From contig JAZLIU010000173.1 of assembly GCA_045617565.1 (NCBI GenBank), positions 1 to 43,241 on the forward strand: 43,241 nucleotides of DNA. Reading direction: 5' to 3'. The notes below the pieces were generated by a model. That model made no database searches and was not told where the DNA came from. It saw nothing but the letters and a program-made list of their open reading frames with translations. A program made the translations under genes and the position numbers. Position 1 is the stretch's first letter, and each line of letters starts with the position of its first letter. The stretch comes from Oscillospiraceae bacterium (GTDB lineage: Bacteria > Bacillota > Clostridia > Oscillospirales > Oscillospiraceae). Below, in pieces: positions 28,967 through 38,118 of this stretch.

Positions 28967-30283
28967 ATGAACATCATCCTACTCTCGGGCGGGTCGGGCA
29001 AGCGGCTCTGGCCACTGTCCAACGACATCCGCTCCAAACAGTTTCTCAAGCTCTTCCGCGCCCCGAACGGGGACTACGAATCCATGGTGCAGCGCGTCTA
29101 CCGCCAGATCAGGACGGTGGATGCGGACGCCTCCGTCGTCATCGCCACGGCGAAAGCGCAGGTCTCCGCCCTGCGCAACCAGCTGGGGCGGGATATCGAC
29201 ATCTCTATTGAGCCGTGCCGCCGCGACACCTTTGCCGCCATCGCGCTTTCGACCGCGTATCTGCACGATGTCAAGGGCGTGGCGGAGGACGAAAGCGTGG
29301 TCGTCTGTCCCGTTGACCCCTACGTGGACGACGACTATTTTGAAACGCTCAGGATCCTGAGCGCACAGGCGGACAGGGGCGCGGCCAGCCTGACGCTCAT
29401 GGGCATCGAGCCGACCTACCCCAGTGAAAAATACGGCTACATCATCCCCGCGGACAAATCTCCGGTCAGCGCGGTGTCCACCTTCAAGGAAAAGCCCGAC
29501 AGGAAAACCGCCGAGGGCTATATCGCGCAGGGTGCGCTGTGGAACGGCGGCGTATTTGCCTACAAGCTCCGCTATGTGTTAAATAAATCCCGCGAGTTGC
29601 TCGGCACGTCCGACTATGAGACGCTGTTTTCCGAATACGAAACACTCAAAAAGATCAGCTTCGACTATGCCGTCGTGGAGCATGAGTCCAGCATTCAGGT
29701 CGTGCGCTACGGCGGCTCGTGGAAGGACCTCGGCACATGGAACACCATGGCCGAGGAGATGGACTCGCCCACCATGGGCAAGGTCATTCTCAACGAAACC
29801 TGTGAAAATGTGAATGTCATCAACGAGCTGAATATCCCCATCCTCTGCATGGGCGTCAGGGACGCGGTCATCGCCGCCAGCGGCGACGGCATCCTCATCA
29901 GCGACAAGGTGCAAAGCTCTTACATCAAGCCCTATGTGGACGATATCACCGGTCCCGTCATGTTCGCCGAAAAGTCCTGGGGCAGCTTCACGGTGCTCGA
30001 CGTGCAGCGCGAGAGCATGACCATCCGCATCCAGCTGCGCGCCGGCTCCCACATCAACTACCACAGCCACGAGCACCGCGACGAGGTGTGGACGGTCGTC
30101 TCCGGCACGGGCCGCACCGTTGTGGACGGCATGGAGCAGCACATCAGCGCCGGCGACGTTGTCACCATGTCCGCCCACTGCCGCCACACCCTCATTGCCG
30201 ACACTGAATTGCAGGTCATCGAAGTCCAGCTTGGTAAGGAGATCAATGTCCATGACAAGCAAATTTTCCCCTTCCCGGATTGA
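28967..30283 (+). CDS. manC: Mannose-1-phosphate guanylyltransferase with C-terminal cupin
   Basis: LSGGSGKRLWPLS, KQFL, YGYI, FKEKP, WNGG, ISFDYAVVE, WKDLGTW. Confidence 0.9.
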   Translation: MNIILLSGGSGKRLWPLSNDIRSKQFLKLFRAPNGDYESMVQRVYRQIRTVDADASVVIATAKAQVSALRNQLGRDIDISIEPCRRDTFAAIALSTAYLHDVKGVAEDESVVVCPVDPYVDDDYFETLRILSAQADRGAASLTLMGIEPTYPSEKYGYIIPADKSPVSAVSTFKEKPDRKTAEGYIAQGALWNGGVFAYKLRYVLNKSRELLGTSDYETLFSEYETLKKISFDYAVVEHESSIQVVRYGGSWKDLGTWNTMAEEMDSPTMGKVILNETCENVNVINELNIPILCMGVRDAVIAASGDGILISDKVQSSYIKPYVDDITGPVMFAEKSWGSFTVLDVQRESMTIRIQLRAGSHINYHSHEHRDEVWTVVSGTGRTVVDGMEQHISAGDVVTMSAHCRHTLIADTELQVIEVQLGKEINVHDKQIFPFPD

Positions 30284-31256
30284 GCCGCTGTTTCTCGCGC
30301 CGGCAGGGAAGGACTACCTCTGGGGCGGACGCCGCCTCAACGATGAGTTCGCCAAAAGCCTGCCCCTCACACCCCTTGCCGAAACGTGGGAGTGCTCCAC
30401 CCACCCCGACGGGGAGAGCACCGTCACCGGCGGCACATTCGCGGGGCGGACGCTGCGCGCCGTCCTGCGCGCGCATCCGGAATACTTAGGGCAGCACTGC
30501 GAAAATAAATCGGGCGAGCTGCCCGTCCTCATCAAATTCATCGACGCCTGCCGCGACCTGTCCGTGCAGGTACACCCCGATGACGCCTTTGCCGCCGCCC
30601 ACGAGAACGGGCAAAAGGGCAAGAGCGAGATGTGGTATGTGCTCGACGCGGAAAAGGACTCGCATCTTGTTTACGGCCTGCGGCGCGACGCGGATGCCGC
30701 CACGCTGCGCCGCGCCATCGCCGACGGTACGCTCCTGCAGCATCTGCAAAGCGTTCCCGTGCGGACGGACGACGTGTTTTTCATTCCCGCCGGTACCGTC
30801 CACGCCATCGGCGCGGGCTGTCTGATCGCGGAAATTCAGGAAAATTCCAACCTGACCTACCGCCTCTATGACTATGACCGCGTGGACAAAAACGGGCAGA
30901 AGCGCCCGCTCCACGTCGAAAAGGCGCTCGCCGCCGCGCGCTTCACCGCCAGCGCCGCGCCCCGCCAGCCTATGCGCGTACTGAACTACCGCCCCGGCTG
31001 CGCCGTGGAGCTTCTGTGCCGCTGTCCGCATTTTCAGGTCGAGCGTCTTCTGCTCAACACCGAACGCATCCGCGAGCGCGTCACCGTTTGCGCCGACAAC
31101 CTGTCTTTTCGGGTGCTTCTGTGCATCACCGGCTGCGGCGCCGTCTCATGGGGCGAGCAGACGCGCGACTTTTTCAAGGGGGACTGCATCTTTCTTCCGG
31201 CAAACGCCGACCTCACCCTGCATGGGCAGGCGCAGTTCCTGCTCATCCGCTGCTGA
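30252..31256 (+). CDS. manA: Type I mannose-6-phosphate isomerase
   Basis: KDYLWGG, AETWE, LIKFIDA, LSVQVHP, KSEMW, GTVHAIG, TYRLYDY; start could be 30246. Confidence 0.88.
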   Translation: MTSKFSPSRIEPLFLAPAGKDYLWGGRRLNDEFAKSLPLTPLAETWECSTHPDGESTVTGGTFAGRTLRAVLRAHPEYLGQHCENKSGELPVLIKFIDACRDLSVQVHPDDAFAAAHENGQKGKSEMWYVLDAEKDSHLVYGLRRDADAATLRRAIADGTLLQHLQSVPVRTDDVFFIPAGTVHAIGAGCLIAEIQENSNLTYRLYDYDRVDKNGQKRPLHVEKALAAARFTASAAPRQPMRVLNYRPGCAVELLCRCPHFQVERLLLNTERIRERVTVCADNLSFRVLLCITGCGAVSWGEQTRDFFKGDCIFLPANADLTLHGQAQFLLIRC

Positions 31257-31270
31257 AAGGAGATAACGCT

Positions 31271-32956
31271 TTGGACGAAAAAATCACCGCTCAATACGAG
31301 CGTTGGCTTCAGCGAGCCGACGAAAGCTTAAGGGACGCACTTTCTGCCCTCGCCTCCGACCCCGCCGCGCTGGAGGATGCGTTTTACCGCGATCTGGCCT
31401 TCGGAACCGGCGGACTGCGCGGCGTCCTCGGTCCCGGCGCTAACCGCATGAACCGCCACACGGTCGCCAAAGCCTCGCAGGGGCTTGCAAATTACGTCTG
31501 CCGCCATTTCCCACCGCAGCGCCGCAGCGTCGCCGTGAGCTATGACTCCCGCATCCTCTCTGACGAATTTGCGCGCGTGACCGCCCGCGTGCTCGCCGCC
31601 TCCGGCGTGCAGGTCTGGCTTTATCCGGAGCTTGCGCCCACGCCCTGCCTGTCCTTTGCCGTTCGGGCGCTCGGATGCGCCGCGGGTGTGATGATCACCG
31701 CCTCCCACAACCCCGCCAGGTACAACGGCTATAAGGTATACAACGCCGACGGCTGCCAGATCACGCTCGAGGTGGCGGACGCCGTCCTCGCCGAGATCGA
31801 GGCGCTGGATATTTTTGACGACGTCCACCTCGCTGACTTTGCCGCCGCGCTCGCGGACGGCAGCATCCGCCATGTGCCGCCGCGCGTGATGGATGACTAT
31901 ATCCGTTGTGTCAAAGCGCAATCCCTGTCGGACGATGGCACATACCGCGATTTCCCCATTGTCTATTCGCCCCTCAACGGCACAGGGCTCAAGCCCGTCC
32001 TGCGCACCCTGACGGAGTGCGGCTACCATCGCGTCTTCGTGGTGGAGGAGCAGCGTCAGCCGGACGGCCATTTTCCCACCTGCCCTTATCCCAACCCCGA
32101 GATCCCGGAGGCCATGTCGCTCGCCATCGCGCTCTCAAAGCGCATCGGCGCGGAGCTGGCGCTTGCCACCGACCCCGACAGTGACCGCATCGGTGTCGCC
32201 GCCCGCGACGGGGCGGGGGAGTATCGGCTCTTCACCGGCAACGAGGTGGGGCTTCTGCTGCTGGATTACGTCTGCGCCCGCCTCACAGAGCAAAAACGGA
32301 TGCCGGAGCATCCCGCTTTTATCAAAACCATCGTCACGTCCCCACTTTCGGAGCGCATCGCCGCGCACTACGGCGTGCAGACGCGCAGCGTCCTCACCGG
32401 CTTTAAATTCATCGGCGAGCAGATCGGCGTGCTGGAGCAGGCGGGACGCGCGGACGATTTTATCTTCGGCTTTGAGGAAAGCTGCGGCTACCTGCGCGGC
32501 AGCTATGTGCGCGACAAGGATGCCGTGGTCGCCGCCATGCTGGTGTGCGAGCTGTTCTCCTATCACCGCAGCCGCGGCACGACGCTGCCGGACGCGCTCG
32601 AGCAGCTTTACCAAACCTACGGTTACTGTCTCAACGACCTGCTTTCCTATGAATTTACCGGTGCTGCCGGTGCGGAAAAGATCCGCACGTTGATGGCGTC
32701 GTTCCGCGGCGGCGTCACGGAGCTGGGCGGCCGCCGCGTGGAAGCAGCGGCGGACTACGCGGCGGGGATAGAAGGACTTCCGGGCGCGGACGTCGTGAAG
32801 CTGACGCTCTCCGGCGGCTCCACGGTCATCGTCCGTCCCTCCGGCACCGAGCCGAAGATCAAGTTCTACCTCACCGCCGCGGGCAGTACCGCTGCCGAAG
32901 CACAGCGGGAGCGCGCTGCCCTCCAGCGCGGCATTGAAGCGCTGCTGAACGCATAG
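31271..32956 (+). CDS. manB: Phosphomannomutase/phosphoglucomutase
   Basis: TTG start after AAAGGAG; FGTGGLRG, ITASHNP, DPDSDR, GFEES, RPSGTEPKIK. Confidence 0.88.
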   Translation: MDEKITAQYERWLQRADESLRDALSALASDPAALEDAFYRDLAFGTGGLRGVLGPGANRMNRHTVAKASQGLANYVCRHFPPQRRSVAVSYDSRILSDEFARVTARVLAASGVQVWLYPELAPTPCLSFAVRALGCAAGVMITASHNPARYNGYKVYNADGCQITLEVADAVLAEIEALDIFDDVHLADFAAALADGSIRHVPPRVMDDYIRCVKAQSLSDDGTYRDFPIVYSPLNGTGLKPVLRTLTECGYHRVFVVEEQRQPDGHFPTCPYPNPEIPEAMSLAIALSKRIGAELALATDPDSDRIGVAARDGAGEYRLFTGNEVGLLLLDYVCARLTEQKRMPEHPAFIKTIVTSPLSERIAAHYGVQTRSVLTGFKFIGEQIGVLEQAGRADDFIFGFEESCGYLRGSYVRDKDAVVAAMLVCELFSYHRSRGTTLPDALEQLYQTYGYCLNDLLSYEFTGAAGAEKIRTLMASFRGGVTELGGRRVEAAADYAAGIEGLPGADVVKLTLSGGSTVIVRPSGTEPKIKFYLTAAGSTAAEAQRERAALQRGIEALLNA

Positions 32957-33037
32957 CGCCTGCTTCGCAAAGCTTCTCATACCAATTTTCCTTTTTTTGT
33001 TCAAAAAGTTGCAAAAACACTTTATTTGGAGGTAAAT

Positions 33038-34082
<1,045 letters not shown>

Positions 34083-34105
34083 TCCTATCCTTATACAGAA
34101 ACTGC

Positions 34106-34135
34106 GCCCCCGAAGCAGTTTGCTTCGGGGGCTTT
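34106..34135. terminator. Terminator hairpin between convergent operons
   Basis: GCCCCCGAAGCA-gtt-TGCTTCGGGGGC followed by TTT. Confidence 0.75.
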
Positions 34136-34153
34136 GTCGTGCCGTTCTATTCC

Positions 34154-34285
34154 TTATCTGTACGTCTTGCCTGTGATGTCCGTATACTGCGCCTTGGTGA
34201 TGATACCCTTGCGCACTGCCAGCTTCACCATCGCGGCATTCCACAGTCCGCGCTCAAAGTTGCGTTTGATCGTCTCAAAATTCAC
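34154..34285 (-). CDS. xkdX: XkdX-family small phage protein (43 aa; not in the ORF track)
   Basis: Manual translation MNFETIKRNFERGLWNAAMVKLAVRKGIITKAQYTDITGKTYR; RBS AGGAGG; GTG start. Confidence 0.85.
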   Translation of the reverse strand: MNFETIKRNFERGLWNAAMVKLAVRKGIITKAQYTDITGKTYR

Positions 34286-34297
34286 GTCCGTTCCTCC

Positions 34298-34654
34298 TTA
34301 TTCCTCATCCGGCAGAGATGCCATGACCTGATACTCCAGCGCCGCGGCGATACGCTCCTCCGGCGTGTTCTCGTCCGTGCCGGCGTTCATCGCGTCCTCA
34401 AACGCCTCGATGACCTCCAGCTTATCCTCCGCGCTCTCGCATTCGGAGAAGTCGCAGCCCTGCGCGGCGTACATCTGCTCCATCTGACCAAGTGTACCGA
34501 AGAAGCCGCCGTTGATCTCGCCAGCGGCGCAGACAACAGTGATGCTCGGCAGCGCTGCTACGGGATACTTTTCCTTCCATTGTTCAGCAGTGAACACCTT
34601 GCCGGTGGGTACGATGATGGGGGACGCCTTGTCCCAAATGGCATAACGTTTCAT
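34298..34654 (-). CDS. Phage tail-fibre-associated protein (XkdW-like position, putative chaperone)
   Basis: Lies between the tail gene and xkdX; C-terminal TPEERIAAALE; RBS AGGAGG. Confidence 0.6.
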   Translation of the reverse strand: MKRYAIWDKASPIIVPTGKVFTAEQWKEKYPVAALPSITVVCAAGEINGGFFGTLGQMEQMYAAQGCDFSECESAEDKLEVIEAFEDAMNAGTDENTPEERIAAALEYQVMASLPDEE

Positions 34655-34675
34655 AAAACCTTTCCTCCTATAATT

Positions 34676-36139
34676 TCATTCTACTGTAAATACGTCAACA
34701 GTGTCAGATGTTTGTACATAATCCGAAGCTTTGAGTCCGCCGCACATTAAGGCGTAATCTCCGACACTCGCACTACGACTATTTGTCATATTTGTCATAC
34801 GAGCATCAGATATACTCGGCAAAATCGTATGTGTCAAATCATCACTATAACAATCAGATGCATATTCCGATGCAACATTACCGCTTGAGAAGAGTGCATT
34901 ATTATAGAATGCTACACTATGAAACTGAGATCGTGCCTCGGATAGGTTATCGAGTATCACCCGTGTCAATTCCGGTGAATATGCGCAAGCCATATTTCGG
35001 GATGATGATCCGTCGTACCCTCCACAAAATACGGCATAATTTCCGGCTTCAGCCGCACCATGCAGAGAGACGGCAATCGGTAGTGCATTCGCACTCAGCT
35101 TTTCCAGATCAGGTCCGTATGCTTCTACAGAGCCTGAATAAGAGCCATCTAAGCTGGCGCCAACCAAACCTCCTGCAAAAAGAACAGTACCACCCGCATT
35201 TGCTGCGGCATAGTAACGGCGGGCTGATGTAAACTTAATTGGATATGTCACCGTTAGCATTTCATCGATTGCTTTTACGGTATCGGTAATATAATAACTT
35301 GGATATTTTGTTTCACCGCTTCCGAAAACCGCGCAGCGTCCATTGCTGACAGCACCTCCACAGCTAAACCAGCCAGCCGAAAATTGCGGAATCGCGCTGC
35401 GTGTCAGATCCTGCGAGTACGCCGTGGCGGATGCTTCGTCATGACTGAGCGATGTTTCCCCGCCTGCGAATATAGCAACCTCTCCAGCCATTGCCGAGCC
35501 GACTTCGCACGCCCGCGTCATCAAGGGCTGCGGCGTCGTTCGCACAAGCTGCCCATCATAAGCATCAACTGTATCATAGTAAGTTCTCTCATCCGCAGAT
35601 AAGCCGCCGCCATAGAGTGCGAAATTACCTGTTGACACACCATTTCCTTTTTTTCGTGCCACGCTCAGCGGCGTCGCCAAGCCGTAATACACCACCCGCT
35701 TTTCCGGCAGCGTAGACTGCACCATGATGTCCAGATGCGCGGGCTTGCGGCGCTCGACCGCGGCACGCAGCGCGGTGAGGTCGCCCGCCTCGCCGTCAAA
35801 CAGGGCGGAGAGTATCACCTGATAACGGCTGTATTTCTCTGTCACCACCGCCTCCTGCGCGTCGGAAAGCGTCAGCGCCAACTTTTCAAGCTCCTCCACC
35901 GTCAGCGTCCTGCCGCCGGTGAGCGCGGCATAAACGCGCGCGCGGCGCGTGGGGAGGTCGCCGTCGGAGGGTAGGCTCAGGTCCCGCTCCCAGCGGCGCA
36001 GTCCCTCGTCCGCCGTCCGGTAGGACAGCTGATCGTTGCGCCGGTCCACGTCCGCTTCAAGCAGCGCCGCACCCGCGTCGGATGCGTCCAGTACCGCGCC
36101 GATGAGGGGTTTTTCCGTCAAAAAGGGGGGAAGTCTCAT
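34676..36139 (-). CDS. Phage baseplate/tail protein: YmfQ (DUF2313)-like N-terminus fused to Kelch-like repeats
   Basis: GLRRWERDL, RRARV, AVERRKPAHL; repeats ALYGGG, AIFAGG, VLFAGG, AVFCGG, ALMCGG, each followed by VDAY/VEAY-like strands. Confidence 0.72.
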   Translation of the reverse strand: MRLPPFLTEKPLIGAVLDASDAGAALLEADVDRRNDQLSYRTADEGLRRWERDLSLPSDGDLPTRRARVYAALTGGRTLTVEELEKLALTLSDAQEAVVTEKYSRYQVILSALFDGEAGDLTALRAAVERRKPAHLDIMVQSTLPEKRVVYYGLATPLSVARKKGNGVSTGNFALYGGGLSADERTYYDTVDAYDGQLVRTTPQPLMTRACEVGSAMAGEVAIFAGGETSLSHDEASATAYSQDLTRSAIPQFSAGWFSCGGAVSNGRCAVFGSGETKYPSYYITDTVKAIDEMLTVTYPIKFTSARRYYAAANAGGTVLFAGGLVGASLDGSYSGSVEAYGPDLEKLSANALPIAVSLHGAAEAGNYAVFCGGYDGSSSRNMACAYSPELTRVILDNLSEARSQFHSVAFYNNALFSSGNVASEYASDCYSDDLTHTILPSISDARMTNMTNSRSASVGDYALMCGGLKASDYVQTSDTVDVFTVE

Positions 36140-36151
36140 CTCTCATCCCCC

Positions 36152-36442
36152 TCAGCGCAGCCGCTGCACCCCGCGTTTCGGACGCTGGGGCAGGGGGGAG
36201 GTCATCGCGGGCGGCTGCGACGGCAGTCGCTTTTTGATGTCCTCCGTCAGACTTGCCTGATATGCCGCGCAGAATTCCTGCACGCGCTTGTCGGTGTCGG
36301 TGTCATCGCTGCCGACGAGAAGCGCAGCAAAGCCCTGCGGCACGTTGGCATTTTCCAGCGCGGCCACCGCGCGCGCCGTCTGCTCGCGCGTACGCTTTTC
36401 CGCGCGCAGCGCCTCCAATTCCTTCATTTCCTCATCATTCAT
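36152..36442 (-). CDS. Short capsid-scaffold-like protein (DUF4355-like)
   Basis: Follows the portal with an ATGAATGA overlap; charged helix, LENANVPQGFAALLVG, IKKRLPSQPP. Confidence 0.55.
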   Translation of the reverse strand: MNDEEMKELEALRAEKRTREQTARAVAALENANVPQGFAALLVGSDDTDTDKRVQEFCAAYQASLTEDIKKRLPSQPPAMTSPLPQRPKRGVQRLR

Positions 36443-37709
36443 CGTCGTTTCCTCCCGTCATCATTTCCTCCGCGCGTTTACGCGCCATCTCCGCGCTCGC
36501 GTCCGTCACCCACGGCAGATTTTCCAGAATCGTCTGCCTCGACAGCACCGGAGAGAGCGAGAGCAGCGTCTCACACAGCGACGCGTTGTCCTGCGGCAGA
36601 TTTTTGTAGAATGTGATATCGCCCACGGCAAAGTCCGCACTGCCGCCGAGCAGATGCTCGCCCGCGGTCAGCACGCGCAGCAGCTCGCAGATGCCGTCTG
36701 TAAAGGTTCTTTCCTTTGCGCTTCGCGTCTGCTCGATGCCCCAGAGCTTGTACTGCAGCGCGATGCCGGACGAGTTGCCCGCGAAATGCTCATCACAGAG
36801 ATCCGGCGTCATGGACAGCTGCAAAATGCTGCGCCGCAGGTTATTTTCGAGCTGTCCGAGCGCCTCGTGGTTGAGATTTTTGACCACGAATTCCGCGCGC
36901 CCGCCCTCGGAGAGCGCGAGGATGCGGTTGCGGTTGGCCTGCTCGATGTCCTTTTCGGTCGTGCCCTGCATCCCGTAGAGCGCGAGAAACGCGTTCGCCA
37001 CGGACTGCATATCGTCCATCGCGCCGGAGAGCAGCAGATTGTACGCGTCCACCAGCCCCGTCACCATCTCAAAGTCACCCACGCCCTGGCAGTTGTTGTA
37101 AAACGGCACGAGCGGGATAGCGCGCAGCAGATTTTCCTCCGCCTGCCCCAGCGTCACGCCCATGCTGTCCCACACGAACGGCGTGATATGCTCCGCGGTG
37201 TAGAGCACGCCGCGCGTCTGCGCGCGCGTCTCATCATAGAGCCGCACCGTCGCCAGCAGGGGAGACCCCGCGGAGCCTGCGCGGATGGCAAAGCACGTCC
37301 TCGGGTCGCAGCGGCAGGCCCTGATGCCCGACTGCTCCACCCAGATGAGCGCAAACGCCGCGCCGCAGATGCTCGCGTCGCGCCCGAGGTCGAACAGAAG
37401 ATGCGGCAGCCGGAGCCTTCGGCTCAAGAGCGCGTATCGTTCGCCGGCCGCGTCGTCCGCAAACGAAAGGGTAGGGGACTGGCCGAGAAAATAGCCCGTG
37501 TGTACCTCCGTGATGTAGCGCGGGAACGGCGCGCGAAGCAGATTGTTGGGTCTGCCGCGCACCGCCTCTCCCTTGGGGATAGGCTGCTGTCCGGCGTAGT
37601 AGTCGATGAGCCGCGCCCGTTCCGGTCGGACAGTTCTCAGAAACTCGCCGACCGCCGTGCCGAGCGACACCGCGTCCAGCGCGCCGGCACAGATGATGTC
37701 CTGTTTCAA
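36435..37709 (-). CDS. Phage portal protein, SPP1 Gp6-like
   Basis: TTG start after GAGGAGG; DYYAG, PNNLL, YITEVHTGYFLG, PLVPFYNN, LVDAYN, FAGNSSGIALQYKL, LSRQT, LPWV. Confidence 0.88.
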   Translation of the reverse strand: MKQDIICAGALDAVSLGTAVGEFLRTVRPERARLIDYYAGQQPIPKGEAVRGRPNNLLRAPFPRYITEVHTGYFLGQSPTLSFADDAAGERYALLSRRLRLPHLLFDLGRDASICGAAFALIWVEQSGIRACRCDPRTCFAIRAGSAGSPLLATVRLYDETRAQTRGVLYTAEHITPFVWDSMGVTLGQAEENLLRAIPLVPFYNNCQGVGDFEMVTGLVDAYNLLLSGAMDDMQSVANAFLALYGMQGTTEKDIEQANRNRILALSEGGRAEFVVKNLNHEALGQLENNLRRSILQLSMTPDLCDEHFAGNSSGIALQYKLWGIEQTRSAKERTFTDGICELLRVLTAGEHLLGGSADFAVGDITFYKNLPQDNASLCETLLSLSPVLSRQTILENLPWVTDASAEMARKRAEEMMTGGNDDE

Positions 37710-37981
37710 GTGAAGTACCTCCTCAATATGATCTACTTTTATTGTAGGCGGTATCTTCGCCCTGTCCGACTGTCGCGCTTCCCAAGCAAACGACACTTCC
37801 GTGTCATCCGCATTCTTTCCAACCGTTGCGCCGACTGTTTCGCGGACATTCCCGTGCCCGCCGGGTGCCTCGCCGCCCTCGGATAACTCGGACAAAACTC
37901 ACCTGAGTCGGACATTTTACCCATTTCCCGCCTTTATTTGGCGCTTTTCCATATCGTCCGGCGTTCTTTCTGAAAAAACGG

Positions 37982-38066
37982 GCAAAAAAATACCCGTCTG
38001 GAGCGATTTTCAGCCTTGCGAACGACCATTTGGTCGTTTTGCCTGCTCAAATCGTCTCCAGACGGG
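37982..38066 (-). terminator. Long stem-loop with U-tract ending the ligase transcript
   Basis: CCCGTCTGGAG (37993) ... CTCCAGACGGG (38066) with inner AACGACCA/TGGTCGTT; A7 at 37984-90 reads as a U-tract on the - strand. Confidence 0.7.
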
Positions 38067-38079
38067 AGTTCTTTTTCCG

Positions 38080-38106
38080 CGGGAGGACAGACGACCTGTC
38101 CTCCCG
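38080..38106. repeat. 11-bp hairpin just after the ligase stop codon
   Basis: CGGGAGGACAG-acgac-CTGTCCTCCCG. Confidence 0.7.
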
Positions 38107-38118
38107 TTCATAATTTTT

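Noticed and set aside
34154..37709. Intact prophage
   Set aside because: No integrase, att sites, terminase, capsid, tail tube/sheath or lysis genes in the window.
37710..37895. N-terminal extension of the portal ORF (similarly the extended starts at 8054, 9130, 12713, 30120, 31016)
   Set aside because: Better RBS-linked starts lie downstream, and the extensions overlap other genes or regulatory DNA.
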